Positions 1 through 10,136 of a stretch of 15,922 bases of DNA are shown here, piece after piece. Numbering within the stretch: the stretch's first letter is position 1; each line of letters starts with the position of its first letter. The translations under genes and the position numbers were made by a program. Origin of the DNA: Geosiphon pyriformis uo1 (Eukaryota; Fungi; Glomeromycota); contig JAAOMT010000649.1 in NCBI GenBank assembly GCA_016748015.1, positions 5,358 to 21,279 of the forward strand, given 5' to 3'. The notes beneath the pieces are model-generated. The model saw nothing but the letters and a program-made list of their open reading frames with translations, searched no databases and was not told the DNA's origin.

Positions 1-479
1 CATTAAATTTAAATAAAAATATATCTAAAATATTAGCATTTTTGGTTATTTTTGCTGGTAAAATTATTGTGTAGTTAGAAAAAAAGTTTTGTAGTTATGT
101 TATAATTATTGTAAAATAAATTAATAATAAATAAACTAAGGTTTTAAAAAATAGTAAATAGATAATAATAGATTATAAAATTGTTGTTATTGAAAAAAAT
201 AATATTTATTATTCTGTTTTTTTTGGTTTTTTTGTATTTTTGGCAATTGTATTTTTAGTGTTTGGAAATTTTATAATAATAACTGTTTAATTGTTAAGAC
301 TAATTACTAAACAATATTTTTTTTGTTTTATTATTATAATAATTAATATTATTATTGTTGGTTAACAAAATATATTTCAACTTTCTTAACAAGTTAATTG
401 ATTTTTTTTTAGCTATTAAATTGATTTTTTTAATTACAAGATTAACAAATTTAGTGCAATTTGTCTTTTTTATAACTAT
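1..479 (-). pseudogene. gag: Highly eroded gag relic of an older retroelement (downstream half of element A's target site)
   Basis: The minus strand reads IVIKKTNCTKFVNLVI from 479. Joined to the right flank it aligns without gaps to A's gag (NFEAAELKANHVQAVNLV vs NYKIVIKKTNCTKFVNLV). A possible eroded zinc knuckle (Y-x4-H-x4-C) lies near 243-285. Extremely AT-rich. Confidence 0.6.
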
Positions 480-1329
480 TGTTACAGATGATTATTTGGG
501 ATCTCCAAATCAAATAACAAATCTGTAACTTGGTGCTTAGTAACTAATCTGGTGGATGATGTTGGTAATGTTGATACGTTGTTATTATTTGAAGGTTTTG
601 TTGTGGAGTTTTTTGTATAATAAACAGAAATTTAATTGATGGTTTTATACATAGCTTCCCGAAATCACAGTTTCATTAAATTTTTTTCTTAGCATGATGA
701 CCAGTAATTTTTCTGGTAAGCTATTCTCAAATCTATAGTGTTCTACTTTTGAGTCTTTTACCAGTTCTTATGACATCTGTATCTCAGCACTTAATCCTTA
801 ATCAATTTAGTAAAACCAAAAAAATAACAAAAGAAAATAAAAAAAAATAATGAAACAAGTAAAAGCAATTACAAGTTAGTATCCTGTCAATAGCTGTGAT
901 CAAGAGCTATTGTTCCAGTGTAATTAAGTATCAATTACTATTAACATGAAGTGTTAATAATGGAAAGTGGATTTAAAATAGAGAATAATTATTTATTGAT
1001 ATTTGTGAATTGGAAGGTCACTTAGATGAAATCTAAACTAAGAGATCTGCTTTTTTTACTTCTAATACTACCACTATATATATATAATTGAGATTCCTCA
1101 ATTTCTCAATTCTTCACACCAAGAATCCTGGAATTCTTGCAATTCTGCAATTCCTTTTGAGAGGAATTTTGGAATTCTGGAATTCTGCAATTCCTTGTAC
1201 AAGAATTCTGAAATTTCTGGAATTCTACAATTCTTCTTAAGAGAAATTCTGGAATTCCATATTTACTATGACTACTTTTAATTGGCTAATTTATGTGCTA
1301 ATATACTTCCTATATTTTTATGAGTAACA
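480..1329 (-). repeat. 3' LTR of element A (850 bp)
   Basis: Minus-sense TGTTACTCA...TGTAACA, preceded by a PPT, and a direct repeat of 14676-15561. Confidence 0.95.
1121..1260. repeat. About 40-bp tandem repeat (3 units plus a partial) built of GGAATTCC(T/A)-like 9-mers, in the U3 of the LTR
   Basis: Units start at about 1121, 1161, 1201 and 1241. Confidence 0.9.
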
Positions 1330-1344
1330 TTATCCCTTTCTTTT
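1330..1344 (-). other. Polypurine tract of element A
   Basis: Minus strand AAAAGAAAGGGATAA lies directly before the TGT of the 3' LTR. Confidence 0.9.
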
Positions 1345-1906
1345 AATATTGAGCTCTGTCAAGATTTCCTAATTCTATTTCTCTGTTGTTAAGTATTTTT
1401 TGAACTTTTTTCTCAAGAATTATTTGTGTTATCTTGTTCTGTAACTTTTCAAATTGGGCATTTGTTATTCTTCCCATCTGGTTAATAGTGATGTCATTCA
1501 TTACTAAATTAAGTAAGATTTCTGGTTGGTTTTGAAATCTAGCATGCAATCAATAAATAGCTCTTTCTTGTGTTGTAAGATTGTTTTTTTCCACAAATTT
1601 CTCAAGTTGTTATAGTATTGTTGTATTGAATAATTGTTTTGTTTTATCTGTATATAAGTTCTGAATATTCAGATGTTGTCCCAAGTGAAAGTAACAAAAG
1701 TTTCTTAGAAATTGTTGTATCCACCACATTCAAGTTTCTTTAGTCATTTCTTAATATGTAGTGCCACTTGTTGGCTCTTCTATTGTCAATTTTACTTTTA
1801 GAATTATTTTGTCAACAGTGTTTTTTGTTTTCTTTTGTACTTTGTGTTAAGATATTTTTCTGGTATCTCTGTATCTAATGGTTTGTTAATTGATGGTAAT
1901 TTCCAT
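1343..1906 (-). pseudogene. Extra 3' ORF ('ORF3', 187 codons, unknown function) with premature stops
   Basis: ATG at 1906-1904 (MEITIN*QTIRYRDTRK...LDRAQY*). Colinear and the same length (564 nt) as 12339-12902. Confidence 0.85.
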
Positions 1907-2033
1907 ATCTCGTTGTTGAATTAATTGAAAAAATTGTTGTGCTAATGAGTGAATGTTGTCAGTAATTTCTATTTTTCCAATATCTTTTGTTGTATATACT
2001 GTGTCTTTATATAATCTTTTGGGTTGTTCAATT

Positions 2034-2904
2034 TTATGTGTTTGGTTCAATGATTATAATTGGCTCTAAATCTCGTGGAATCTTATCTGGTTTGACTAAT
2101 ATTCTCTGTACTCTTAATTGTGGAATATTATTGGTAGATGATGTTATTATATTGTGGTATGGTTTCAGTTGATCTCTATGTGCTGCTTTGGTTAAAATTT
2201 TGTTGTTTAATCTTAATTTATAAGCTCCATTTCCAAAAATTTCTTCTATGTAAAATAGTCTATCTCATTTGGGGTCAAATTTTTTACTTCATTGTTTTTC
2301 TATTTTAGTACAATGTAGAAGTACTTTGTCTCTAATCTTGAATTCAACTGGTTTCTTTAATAGTTGGTTATTGTGTCTTTCTTTTTGTTTTTCGTGTAAC
2401 TTTTGGATGTTATCAGCTGCTCTTTGCCATGTGTTTTTTAGTGTTTCCATCAAGTTATATGTTCTTCTTAGCACATTTCTTAAAAATTGTCTTCAGTTAT
2501 TGGTTTTGTTGAATAAGTGTTGACTTCTATCTCAACTGCTGTTTTATTGTATATTAATTCAAATAGTGTTGCTTGTGTAGTATCTTGTTTTATTGTTCAA
2601 TAAGCAAATAATACTGATAGTATAAACAAATCCTATTCATCTTGATTTTCTTGGCTGATTTTGGCAATTGCTTTGCACAATGTTCTATTAAATTTTTCAA
2701 CTAATCCATTGGTTTGTGGATAATATAGTGATGATAATAGTCTTTTGATTCCAAATTTTTGACTTAATTCTGTCAATGTTCTATTCACAAAGTGGGTTTC
2801 TTGATCTGATAGTAGTTTTTTTGGACATCTATGTCAACAGATCAAATCTTGATGAATGAATTTGGCAATGGATTCTGCATCTGCTCTTTGAATGGCTTTA
2901 GCTT
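2034..2904 (-). pseudogene. Integrase of element A, C-terminal two-thirds (N-terminus lies in the assembly gap)
   Basis: Motifs LLSDQETHF, PQTNGLVEKFNRTL and a GPF/Y-like region, ending DLEPIIIIEPNT*. Homologous to 11399-12285. Confidence 0.92.
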
Positions 2905-3109
2905 NNNNNNNNNNNNNNNNNNNNNNNNNNNNNNNNNNNNNNNNNNNNNNNNNNNNNNNNNNNNNNNNNNNNNNNNNNNNNNNNNNNNNNNNNNNNNNNN
3001 NNNNNNNNNNNNNNNNNNNNNNNNNNNNNNNNNNNNNNNNNNNNNNNNNNNNNNNNNNNNNNNNNNNNNNNNNNNNNNNNNNNNNNNNNNNNNNNNNNNN
3101 NNNNNNNNN
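2905..3109. other. Assembly gap (205 N)
   Basis: Run of Ns. Confidence 1.
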
Positions 3110-3115
3110 ATGTTT

Positions 3116-3515
3116 TTAGATTTGTCTCATTTATGATAGTCTGTCAGCATTTTCCATTGTCTTTTCCCTTTTTATAATATACTGTAAATGTATATGGTAA
3201 TAGTGCTATTTTCTATCTTATATAGTAATTGTCTCCAAATTCTTGATTCTAAATTGAAGTTAATTCTTTGTAATCTGTATATACTTCAAACTTTTGGCTC
3301 AAGTATTCTTTCTATTTTATGACTGTTCAATAGATTGCTAAGTGTTCTAATGCTAGTGTTCCATAGTTCTTTTCAGTTGGACTTAAGCTTCTGCTGACAT
3401 ATGCCACTGAATGTTCTCTTCCATCCGGTTCTTTTTGTAATAGTACTGCTCTCAATGTTTGGTTTGACACATCAGTAGTGATGATAAATGGTTTATTGTG
3501 GTCTGGATAGATCAA
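3116..3515 (-). pseudogene. pol: RNase H domain of element A pol
   Basis: PFIITTDVS..., VAYVSRSLSPTEKNYGTLALEHLAI and NADRLS motifs; ends ...RQI* with the stop at 3118-3116. Confidence 0.92.
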
Positions 3516-4169
3516 TACTGGAGCTTGAATAAGCTTTCTTCTTAGTATATCAAATGCTTTTTGTTGAGTTTTTGTCTATTTGTACTTCATATTCTTGGTT
3601 TATAGCTAATGAAATGGCTGAGCCAGTTTAGAAAAGTCCTTGATAAAATAATGATAATAATCTGTAAATCCCAAAAATGCTCTTAGTTTTGTCAAATTGG
3701 TTAGTACTGGGAAGTTTTTTACTATTGCAATCTTATCCAGATCTGTTTTGATACCATTTTTGCTTACAACATGTCCCAAAAACTTGAGTCCTGTTTTTCT
3801 AAAGAAGCATTTGTTGGTGTTTAGTTTCAATCCTGTTTGTCTGAGTCTTTCAAATACTTGTTGAAGATGATGCAGATGATCATCAAATGTTTTTAAGAAC
3901 ACATTGGTATTATCCAAGTATACAACTACTGATTTCCATAGTAGTTTAGTATAGACAATTTCCATAAGTTACTGGAAAGTGGCTGGAGCATTTATCAAGC
4001 CAAATGGCATGACTTCAAACTCAAAATTCCTTTTTCATGTTGTGAAAGCTGTCTTCTTTTTATCTTCTGGATTCATGGCTACTTGCCAATAACTGCTGTC
4101 TAAATTTAGAGTTGAGAACTATTTCTTCCCTCCAAAAACATCAAACAGTTTTTGAATCTTTGGAGTCAG
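3516..4169 (-). pseudogene. pol: Reverse transcriptase of element A, C-terminal part
   Basis: FSTLNLDSSYWQV, KTAFTT, VMPFGLINAPATFQ, YLDN (mutated YxDD), KCFF and LKFLGHVVS. Confidence 0.95.
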
Positions 4170-5014
4170 TGTTACAGATGATTTTTTGGAATCCAAGTCA
4201 AATAACAAATCTGTAACTTGGTGCTTAGTTGGTACTCAGATGTTGATATCTAAAAGTTTTGGTGGTGAAGTTTTTTGTATAATGGACAAAGATTCAATAA
4301 TGCGGCAATTTGTTGTTTGTTGTTAATTGTTTTCCAATTTCTTTTTCAGCTTGGTGACTGGATTTATTCTGGCAGTCGTGCCCTTCTGATAAGCTAACCA
4401 ATATTATATATAAATCTACCCTTATTTTTGGGTCTTTTACCAAGCTATCCGTGACGTCAATAACTCAGTGCTTTTAATTTTCAATTAATTAGTATGCACA
4501 ACAAAATTAAAGAAAGAAAGAAAATAAAATAAAATAAAGAAAATAAAACAATAAGAAAATAAGCCAAGGCAATTTGGTAAATTAGTATCTTGTCAATAGC
4601 CGTGATCAAGAGCTATTGTTCTAACATAGTTAAGTATCAATTACTATCAACATAAAGTGTTGATAGTGGGGAGTGGATTGAGATATGAAATAATTATTTA
4701 TTTAATGATAAGGAACTGGAAGGTTGCTTTTATCAAATCTAAACTGGATCTCCCTCCTTTCAGCTTCTAATACTACTGCTATATATACATAATTGAGATT
4801 CTTCAATTCTTCGATTCTTCATGACAGGAATTCTGAAATTCCTAGAATTCTGTAATTTTTTTAAGAGGAATCCTGCAATTCCTTGTGTGAGAATCCTGTA
4901 ATTCCTAGAATTCTGCAATTCCTGAGAGGAATTCTGGAATTCCACATTTACTATATCTACTTTTGATTGGCTAGTAATCATGCTAATATATTTCTTATAT
5001 TTCTATGAGTGACA
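4170..5014 (-). mobile_element. Solo LTR (845 bp, related subfamily 'C') inserted in A's RT
   Basis: Minus-sense TGTCACTCA...TGTAACA, homologous to the other LTRs. Removing it plus 4 bp restores RT in frame (VTKSDSYP|TPKIQKLFD). The flanking 4-mers are TCAG and TTGG. Confidence 0.93.
4826..4944. repeat. GGAATTCC-based tandem array in the solo LTR
   Basis: Same 9-mer/about-40-mer array as in the other LTRs, with an irregular unit arrangement. Confidence 0.85.
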
Positions 5015-5300
5015 TTGGATAGCTATCACTTTTGGTTACTCTATTCAATTTCCAATAATCCACACAAAACCATATTTTTCTATTCTTTTTTTTGATTAGT
5101 ACTACTGGTAATAACCATGGGCTCATTGATTGAATTAACTTATTGTCAAGCATCTGGTGGATTTCTTGACAAATGATCTTGTGGCTGGCTGGTGGTATTT
5201 GATATGCTCTTTGTTTAATTGGCATTGTATCTCCAGTCTTGATCTGATGCTAAATAATATTGATGCAGCCAAATTCATTTTCATTAGTAAAGATGTTACT
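5015..5300 (-). pseudogene. pol: Reverse transcriptase of element A, N-terminal part
   Basis: HQIKTGDTMPIKQRAYQIP...SMSPWLLPVVLIKKKNRKIWFCVDYWKLNRVTKSDSYP, a typical Ty3/Gypsy RT start. Confidence 0.95.
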
Positions 5301-5479
5301 AAAATTGTTGAGTAACATCTTTAATTGTATTTGTTGGAGTGAGTCTAGATTTCCTATGTTCATTTGTTCCAATTGTTTTGGTTGGAGCAGATAACATTTG
5401 CTTTGTTTGTAAATAGTTTGTGATGTAATATTCACATATTCACAAAGCTGTAGAAAATCTGAAATGTAGTTTGGTAGTT

Positions 5480-5760
5480 AATCTTCAATTTCAGTGGTTA
5501 AATAGCCAATAATGGTTTCTTTTGGTATCTCAATAACATTTCTGGTTGTGTTGTAGATAAAAATTTTGGTGTTTTTGGGGCTTTTGGCTGATATGTAAAG
5601 ATTAGTAAGTCCCATTTTTTCTGATTCACAGATGGTGATTTCCATTTCAAACAATTGAGCTTGATCTTTTACTTCTCTTTTTATGGCTAACATATACTGG
5701 TCATATAGTGGAATGAAAATTGATTAATGAGTGGAGATAATTTTTCTCTTGTCAATAATT
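5480..5760 (-). pseudogene. Beta-rich segment, possibly a degenerate second dUTPase-like fold
   Basis: KIFIYNTTRNVIEIPKETIIGYL resembles the dUTPase C-terminal strand pattern (compare AMLQNDLEKTYIIDPNEKIAQAI just upstream). No catalytic motifs are present. Confidence 0.4.
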
Positions 5761-5794
5761 TCTTCCTCTGCCATATTAATTGGTATATCTATTT

Positions 5795-6220
5795 TGCCTG
5801 TGAATTCGAATCTCTGTATCTTTTTTGCTGTAATCCCTAATTCTTCTCTGTTTTTTATTGATACTAATTGAGCTATTTTTATCAGAAGTAAGAATATTGC
5901 TTGTGCTATCTTTTCATTTGGGTCTATAATATATGTCTTTTCCAAATCATTTTGTAGCATAGCAATGATATTTTCTACATATCCTGTGTCAATTATTTTT
6001 CTTTTAATGTTAATTCTCTTTTTTGTTAAACTACTCCTAGATGCTAGTTGAATCATAGTTGTTGCTGGAATTTCTAGTGCTATTTTGAGATTAATATAGG
6101 TGTGCAAATGGGGTTCCAGTTTAATGAGATCTTTTCCCAGATATCTCAAATCAAACCCTGCATCAGTATTGTACACACATTCTAACATCATATTTTTATT
6201 GTTATTACTGAACCATTTAA
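5795..6220 (-). pseudogene. dut: Trimeric-type dUTPase domain within the polyprotein
   Basis: All five motifs in order: DAGFDL, RSSL, (RK)IIDTGYVE, EKIAQ and AKKIQRFEFTG (restorable to ARGIQGFGSTG by A>G and T>C changes only). In frame with the downstream RT. Confidence 0.92.
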
Positions 6221-6449
6221 GTTTCTGCTCTTTAGAGAGGTCAGAAAATGCAATATATTGTTCGTGGTTTAGATCAGAGTTTGAATCTGAGTCTAAAGTG
6301 TTGTTGGTGTTATTACTATATGAAACAGAACTGGAACTGTTGTTTTCATTGTCATCATTGTCAGAGTTTGAATTGGAATTAAAATTTGATTTTGATTCCA
6401 ATGCACAGTTGCTAATTGGTTCTTCCTCTTCTGGAATTGTGTAAATCAT

Positions 6450-7440
6450 GTAAATTGGTGGATTGTAAATGAGGTCACACTCATTACAATATTGAAAGTC
6501 ACAGGGAATTAAGCAATATTGACATAATTGAGTATTCTACTACTTTAAACACTGCTCTTGTTCTTTTTTAGTGGATGCTAATCATTGGTAATGTTCATAG
6601 AATTCTTCTGGATTGTTTTCAATGTTACCAAAGACGTCAAAGATGAGGATGTATTCAGGTTCAGACAATAAGAGTGGGTTATTTTTAATTTCTAATAACT
6701 TGCTAGTAGTGGCATCTTCTGTTTTTGCACTTGTTATTCTTCAGATTTTGTGTTCATCATGGGGATATCTTTTCAACTGTCTCAACACTCTTTTCCAGGC
6801 ATCATTAATTAAAGTCTCTTTGTGTATTCAGTTGTTTATCAGAATAGTATACTGACATGTCTTGTTGTATGTTCCTCTTTGTCCAGAAATGTCATTCCAC
6901 ATTTCTTCATCAGATAAGATAGTTCCACATACGAAACAAGATTTGTTATCCCATTTTTCTTGTCTTTTTGGCATCCAAATTGTTCTATAATACATGGGTG
7001 ACAATAGAACTTTGTTGCTGTGAAGTATTTCTTATTATTGCCACAGCATGCACTCATTGATGACAATTTCTTGCCACAATCTATGCATACTAGTTTCAGT
7101 TAATAATAGTTAGATGGTAGTGGTGAAGAGTAAACATAGGGGCTATAAGTGGTGGTTGGTATTGGATCTTTTTTCTTTTTCTTCTTTTTTCTCTTATTGT
7201 TATCCTTTTTCTATTCCTACATTGTTATTTTGTCCTGATTGTTGTTAGTTTCCCAGGCTTAGTTGGCATTCCAGGTAAGTTCTTTTTTTCCTTTTCCTTT
7301 TCCATTGTCATCCCAAGAAAGTATTAGTAATAGCTTATTGTGGTCTTTGTCAGCCCAAAACACTTGATAGGCTTCTCAGATAGGTTTTTTTTTTTCTTCC
7401 TCAAATTCAATAAGTGAGACTAATGACATGGTAATAGATT
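6450..7440 (-). pseudogene. Trp/charge-rich and Cys-rich insert between protease and dUTPase
   Basis: In frame with the protease. Contains CIDC, CC and CHPC, then (after one frameshift near 6965) CFVC and CQYC-x3-C-x4-CNEC. Confidence 0.7.
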
Positions 7441-7459
7441 TGAAGTGTTTACACATGGC

Positions 7460-7820
7460 AGATACCCATGTGTGTTGGCTGTTTTGGCTAAGTTGGAGCT
7501 CCTGCATTGTCCAATCAAGTATGGTGTTGGTTTTAGATAACCAGTCATTTCCTACTAATGCTTAATATTGAGTTGCTTCCATCACTAGAACTTTGATGAA
7601 AATGATGATGCTATTGACTTCAAAAAAGAAGTCATCAATTTCACCAATAAGGGTTTTGGTTGCCCTATCAGCAGTGATTATGTGAGCACTAATAGTGTGA
7701 TTAACTTGACAACCTAATTAGTTTATGAGTTGTCATGTAATAATGTTGCCAGCTGATCCACTATCTAGTATCAGTTTAGTGATGTAATCATCAATCTTCA
7801 CATCAGTGTACATGACAGTA
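7460..7820 (-). pseudogene. pol: Retropepsin-like aspartic protease
   Basis: KLILDSGSAGNII (DSG at 7765-7757) and ALVGNDWL. It is missing from the ORF track because of premature stops. Confidence 0.92.
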
Positions 7821-8059
7821 ATCAGTTTGGTGTCAAGAACAGCTTTACTGAATAATAGAACTGGTGTGATTTCCTTGAATTCGAATAGAAAAATTGTGGC
7901 TAACAATTTGTCATTGGTTATGGTAACTGGAGATATATTGCTGGTAAGTGATTTGTGTTGGTTGGGTTTCCAGTTGTAAAGTGAGGCATCTTCTGGGGTA
8001 ACCAGAAGACTTAAATAGTGTTGGACATTCAGGTTTTGGGGGTTTTTGGTACCTGAATT

Positions 8060-9372
8060 CTGTTGTCAAGATCTTAATGCCTGGTTTAAGAAACTGGGAA
8101 TCAGTTGATAGACTACCATCGACAATTTCCAGCTTTGTTGTGTTAGTTTTAGCCTTTGGATTCCATTTTGAGATAAGTTTTGCAGTGGTGTTTAAATTTG
8201 TTAAGGCTGATAAATTACCTAAGACTATGGCTGATAAATGGGTTGGGGCTACAGTTGATAAATAATGGGTGTTGTTGGCTGATAAATTGGTGGTTGATAA
8301 ATTTGCAGCTACGTCATAGGTATGTAATTTGGTTGATATATTTCCGAGTGTAATTAATAACTCAAAGTTGGAAACCTGTGATCGGGATTTTGATATTGAT
8401 TTTCTAATCATTGGTTTTCTATTCTTAACCTACAATTGACTCTCAAATATTTTTGTTTACCACAGTAGTGGCAAATACACGTCTCCTGTTGCCACTGTTG
8501 ATTGGTAGAAGATGACAGATGTGACTAATTCTGGAAATGATTCGCATTTTCTTGATTATTGTATTGTTGTAGAGGTTGATAAACTGCTTAATTGTTAGCT
8601 AAGTATCTCTCTAATTTTTGGTTAATGAAATCACTGAATTGCTTCAACTTAGAATCCAATTCAGATAATCTGTTCATTACTAGATTTACAGCTTGGACAT
8701 GGTTAGCTTTGAGTTCAGCTGCTTCAAAATTTCTGGCATTTGTAACTGCAGCTTGAAGGTCTGCTGGATGCATTGGGCATACACATTGGATGATGCTACT
8801 GCACAGGCTTCTGATGAATTGATTTAGAATTTGTGGTGCTGTAAAATAATCAGCTTATATGGCCTAAATTTGGTGCAGATTTCTGTGAAAGTGTTCTAAA
8901 TAAGTAGTGACTGCTTCATTTTTTCTTTGCTTGATGGTGGTAAAAGTGTTTACCAATTGGTTAATGCTATTATTATTACTAAAATATTGTAAGAATGCAA
9001 GCTTGAATGCATTGAAATCCTGGGGTTTGTTGACTAAGCTTTGATACCATAAGTCAGCAATATTCTGGAAAAAATAAGGAATGGCTTGGAGGGCTTTCAC
9101 ATTGTTCTATCTATTGGCTGTGATGGCTTTTTCAACATCATTGAGCCATATTTGGGCATCGTCTTCTTCACCAGTAAACTTCTCCAGTTTTGTTATTGAA
9201 GCATAGTCTATTGGATCTAAATTCAGTTGTTGTTGTTGTGATGGTTGCAAATGTTGTTGTGGCTGTTGAAGTGGCTGTTGAGGTTGTTGAGGTGATAGTT
9301 GAATAGGTTGCTAAAGTGGCTGCTGTGGAATTGGTTTCAGTATTAGTACAATTGGTGGCTGATTGATGACAA
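8060..9372 (-). pseudogene. gag: gag of element A, C-terminal part: Q/P-rich linker, capsid domain, CCHC zinc knuckle, IYQP repeats
   Basis: LEKFTGEEDDAQIWLNDVEKAI, WYQSL, IKQ...VTTYL, and CHYCGKQKYLRVNC at 8473-8432 (CX2CX4HX4C with H>Y). Same frame as the protease. Confidence 0.92.
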
Positions 9373-10136
9373 TATTACTTATAGAAATATAGGAAATAGA
9401 TTAACATGAGTAGTAGCCAATTAGAAGTAGGCATAGTAAATGTAGAATTCCAGGATTCTTGTCATGAAGAATCAAGAAATTGAGGAATCTTAATTATGTA
9501 TATATAGTAGCAGGATTAGAAGCTGAAAAGACAGACCTCCTAGTTTAGATTGAATTAAAGAAACATTCCAGTTTCCAATCATCAAATAAATAATTATTCC
9601 ATATTTCAATCCACTCTCTACTATCAACACTTTATGTTGATAGTAATTAATACTTAATCACACTGGAACAATAGCTCTTGATTACAGCTATTGACGAGAT
9701 ATTAATGTACCAAATTGCCTTGGCTTATTTTTTCTATTTTCTTTATTTTTATTTTCTTTATTTTATTTTCTTTCTTTTTTTGATTTTGTTGTTGTATACT
9801 AATTGATTAAAAGATTAAGCACTGAGTTATTGATGTCAAAAATAGCCTGGTAAAAGACCCAAAAATAAGAGTAGAATTTTATATATTATTGGATAGCTTA
9901 CCAAAAGGGCACGACTGTCAGACTAAATCTGGCCACTACACTGAAAAAGAAATTGGGAAAACTCTTGGAAAGATACATCTACTATCAACACTATTAAATC
10001 TCTGTCTATTATACAAAGGACTTCATCAAAACCTTCAGATACAACACTTGCAGAACCTCATCCACAGAAGTAGCTTTTGAGCACCAAGTTACGGGTTTGT
10101 TATTTAATTCAACAGCAAAAATAATTACTTGTAACA
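9373..10136 (+). repeat. Left LTR of element B (764 bp)
   Basis: TATTAC (mutated TGTTAC)...TGTAACA. Colinear with the right LTR except for 117 bp missing from the tandem array. Confidence 0.95.
9499..9506 (+). promoter_or_regulatory. Putative LTR TATA box (also at 13159-13166 and in the minus-strand LTRs)
   Basis: TATATATA is conserved in all five LTRs, downstream of a CCAAT motif and the tandem array. Confidence 0.55.

Noticed and set aside
2831-3136. ORFs spanning the N run
   Set aside because: Artefacts of translating Ns.
4760-4981. LTR-array ORFs (4760-4981 - and 15280-15513 +)
   Set aside because: They are translations of the tandem repeat, lie on opposite strands relative to the LTR, and are not conserved between copies.
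6100-6855. Plus-strand ORFs 6100-6444 and 6613-6855 (likewise 1987-2172, 2269-2523, 8077-8265)
   Set aside because: They are antisense shadows of the minus-strand polyprotein or integrase. Their hydrophobicity reflects the T-rich complement of A-rich coding DNA.
7911-8411. 166-aa S/T-rich ORF as a real gene
   Set aside because: It is an off-frame reading of the Q/P-rich gag-protease linker; the frame joining knuckle and protease is a different one.
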